Assembly: GCF_044704955.1 (NCBI RefSeq)
Contig: NC_091990.1
Location: 135,594,001 to 135,658,000 of the forward strand
Direction of reading: 5' to 3'
Origin: Pristiophorus japonicus
Lineage: Eukaryota
Length of the DNA: 64,000 nt
The notes below the pieces were generated by a model, which was not told where the DNA came from, did no database searches, and saw nothing but the letters and a program-made list of their open reading frames with translations. Every line of letters starts with the position of its first letter. The stretch's first letter is position 1. This document shows, piece by piece, positions 63,934 through 64,000 of this stretch. The position numbers and the translations under genes were made by a program.

Positions 63934-64000
63934 AAGGACACACAAAAAACTGTTGCAAATAATCACTGATAATACAGAAAAAGACATTTTACTAATTTTA

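Larger units (their letters stand above)
52026..63966. mobile_element. Large composite relative of the 13302-14283 TIR element, containing two minisatellites and a CR1
   Basis: Left end GGATGTAGCTATTTGCA, right end TGCAAATAATCAC; blocks 52060-52200, 52410-52622 and 62310-62380 align to 13345-13490, 13612-13800 and 14207-14232. Confidence 0.6.

Overview
Eukaryotic (vertebrate) genomic DNA, most likely a cartilaginous fish, judging from the CR1, DeuSINE, Penelope and RTE repeat content. One complete host gene is present: NDUFS3 (mitochondrial complex I subunit), on the + strand with 7 coding exons from 2873 to 26470, a 786-nt CDS (261 aa), canonical GT-AG introns and a CpG-island promoter. Most of the rest is transposon-derived: the 3' end of a Gypsy element with its LTR, many CR1/L2/RTE/Penelope fragments, DeuSINEs, a full-length but decayed two-gene Harbinger transposon nested in a solo LTR in intron 5, and several GGGC-ended MITEs. 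Structural highlights are: (1) a 3.2-3.4-kb tandem triplication (40916-51004); (2) an unclassified TIR element present as a ~1-kb copy (13302-14283) and as a ~12-kb relative (52026-~63966) inflated by a 7.9-kb 20-bp minisatellite with higher-order structure and a 1.2-kb 22-bp minisatellite; (3) twin-priming-type inversions in non-L1 retroelements; (4) degenerate hammerhead-ribozyme motifs in Penelope ends. The three 2,600-aa ORFs are artefacts of the stop-free minisatellite. Family names come from motif recognition, not database searches; repeat boundaries without TSDs are approximate.
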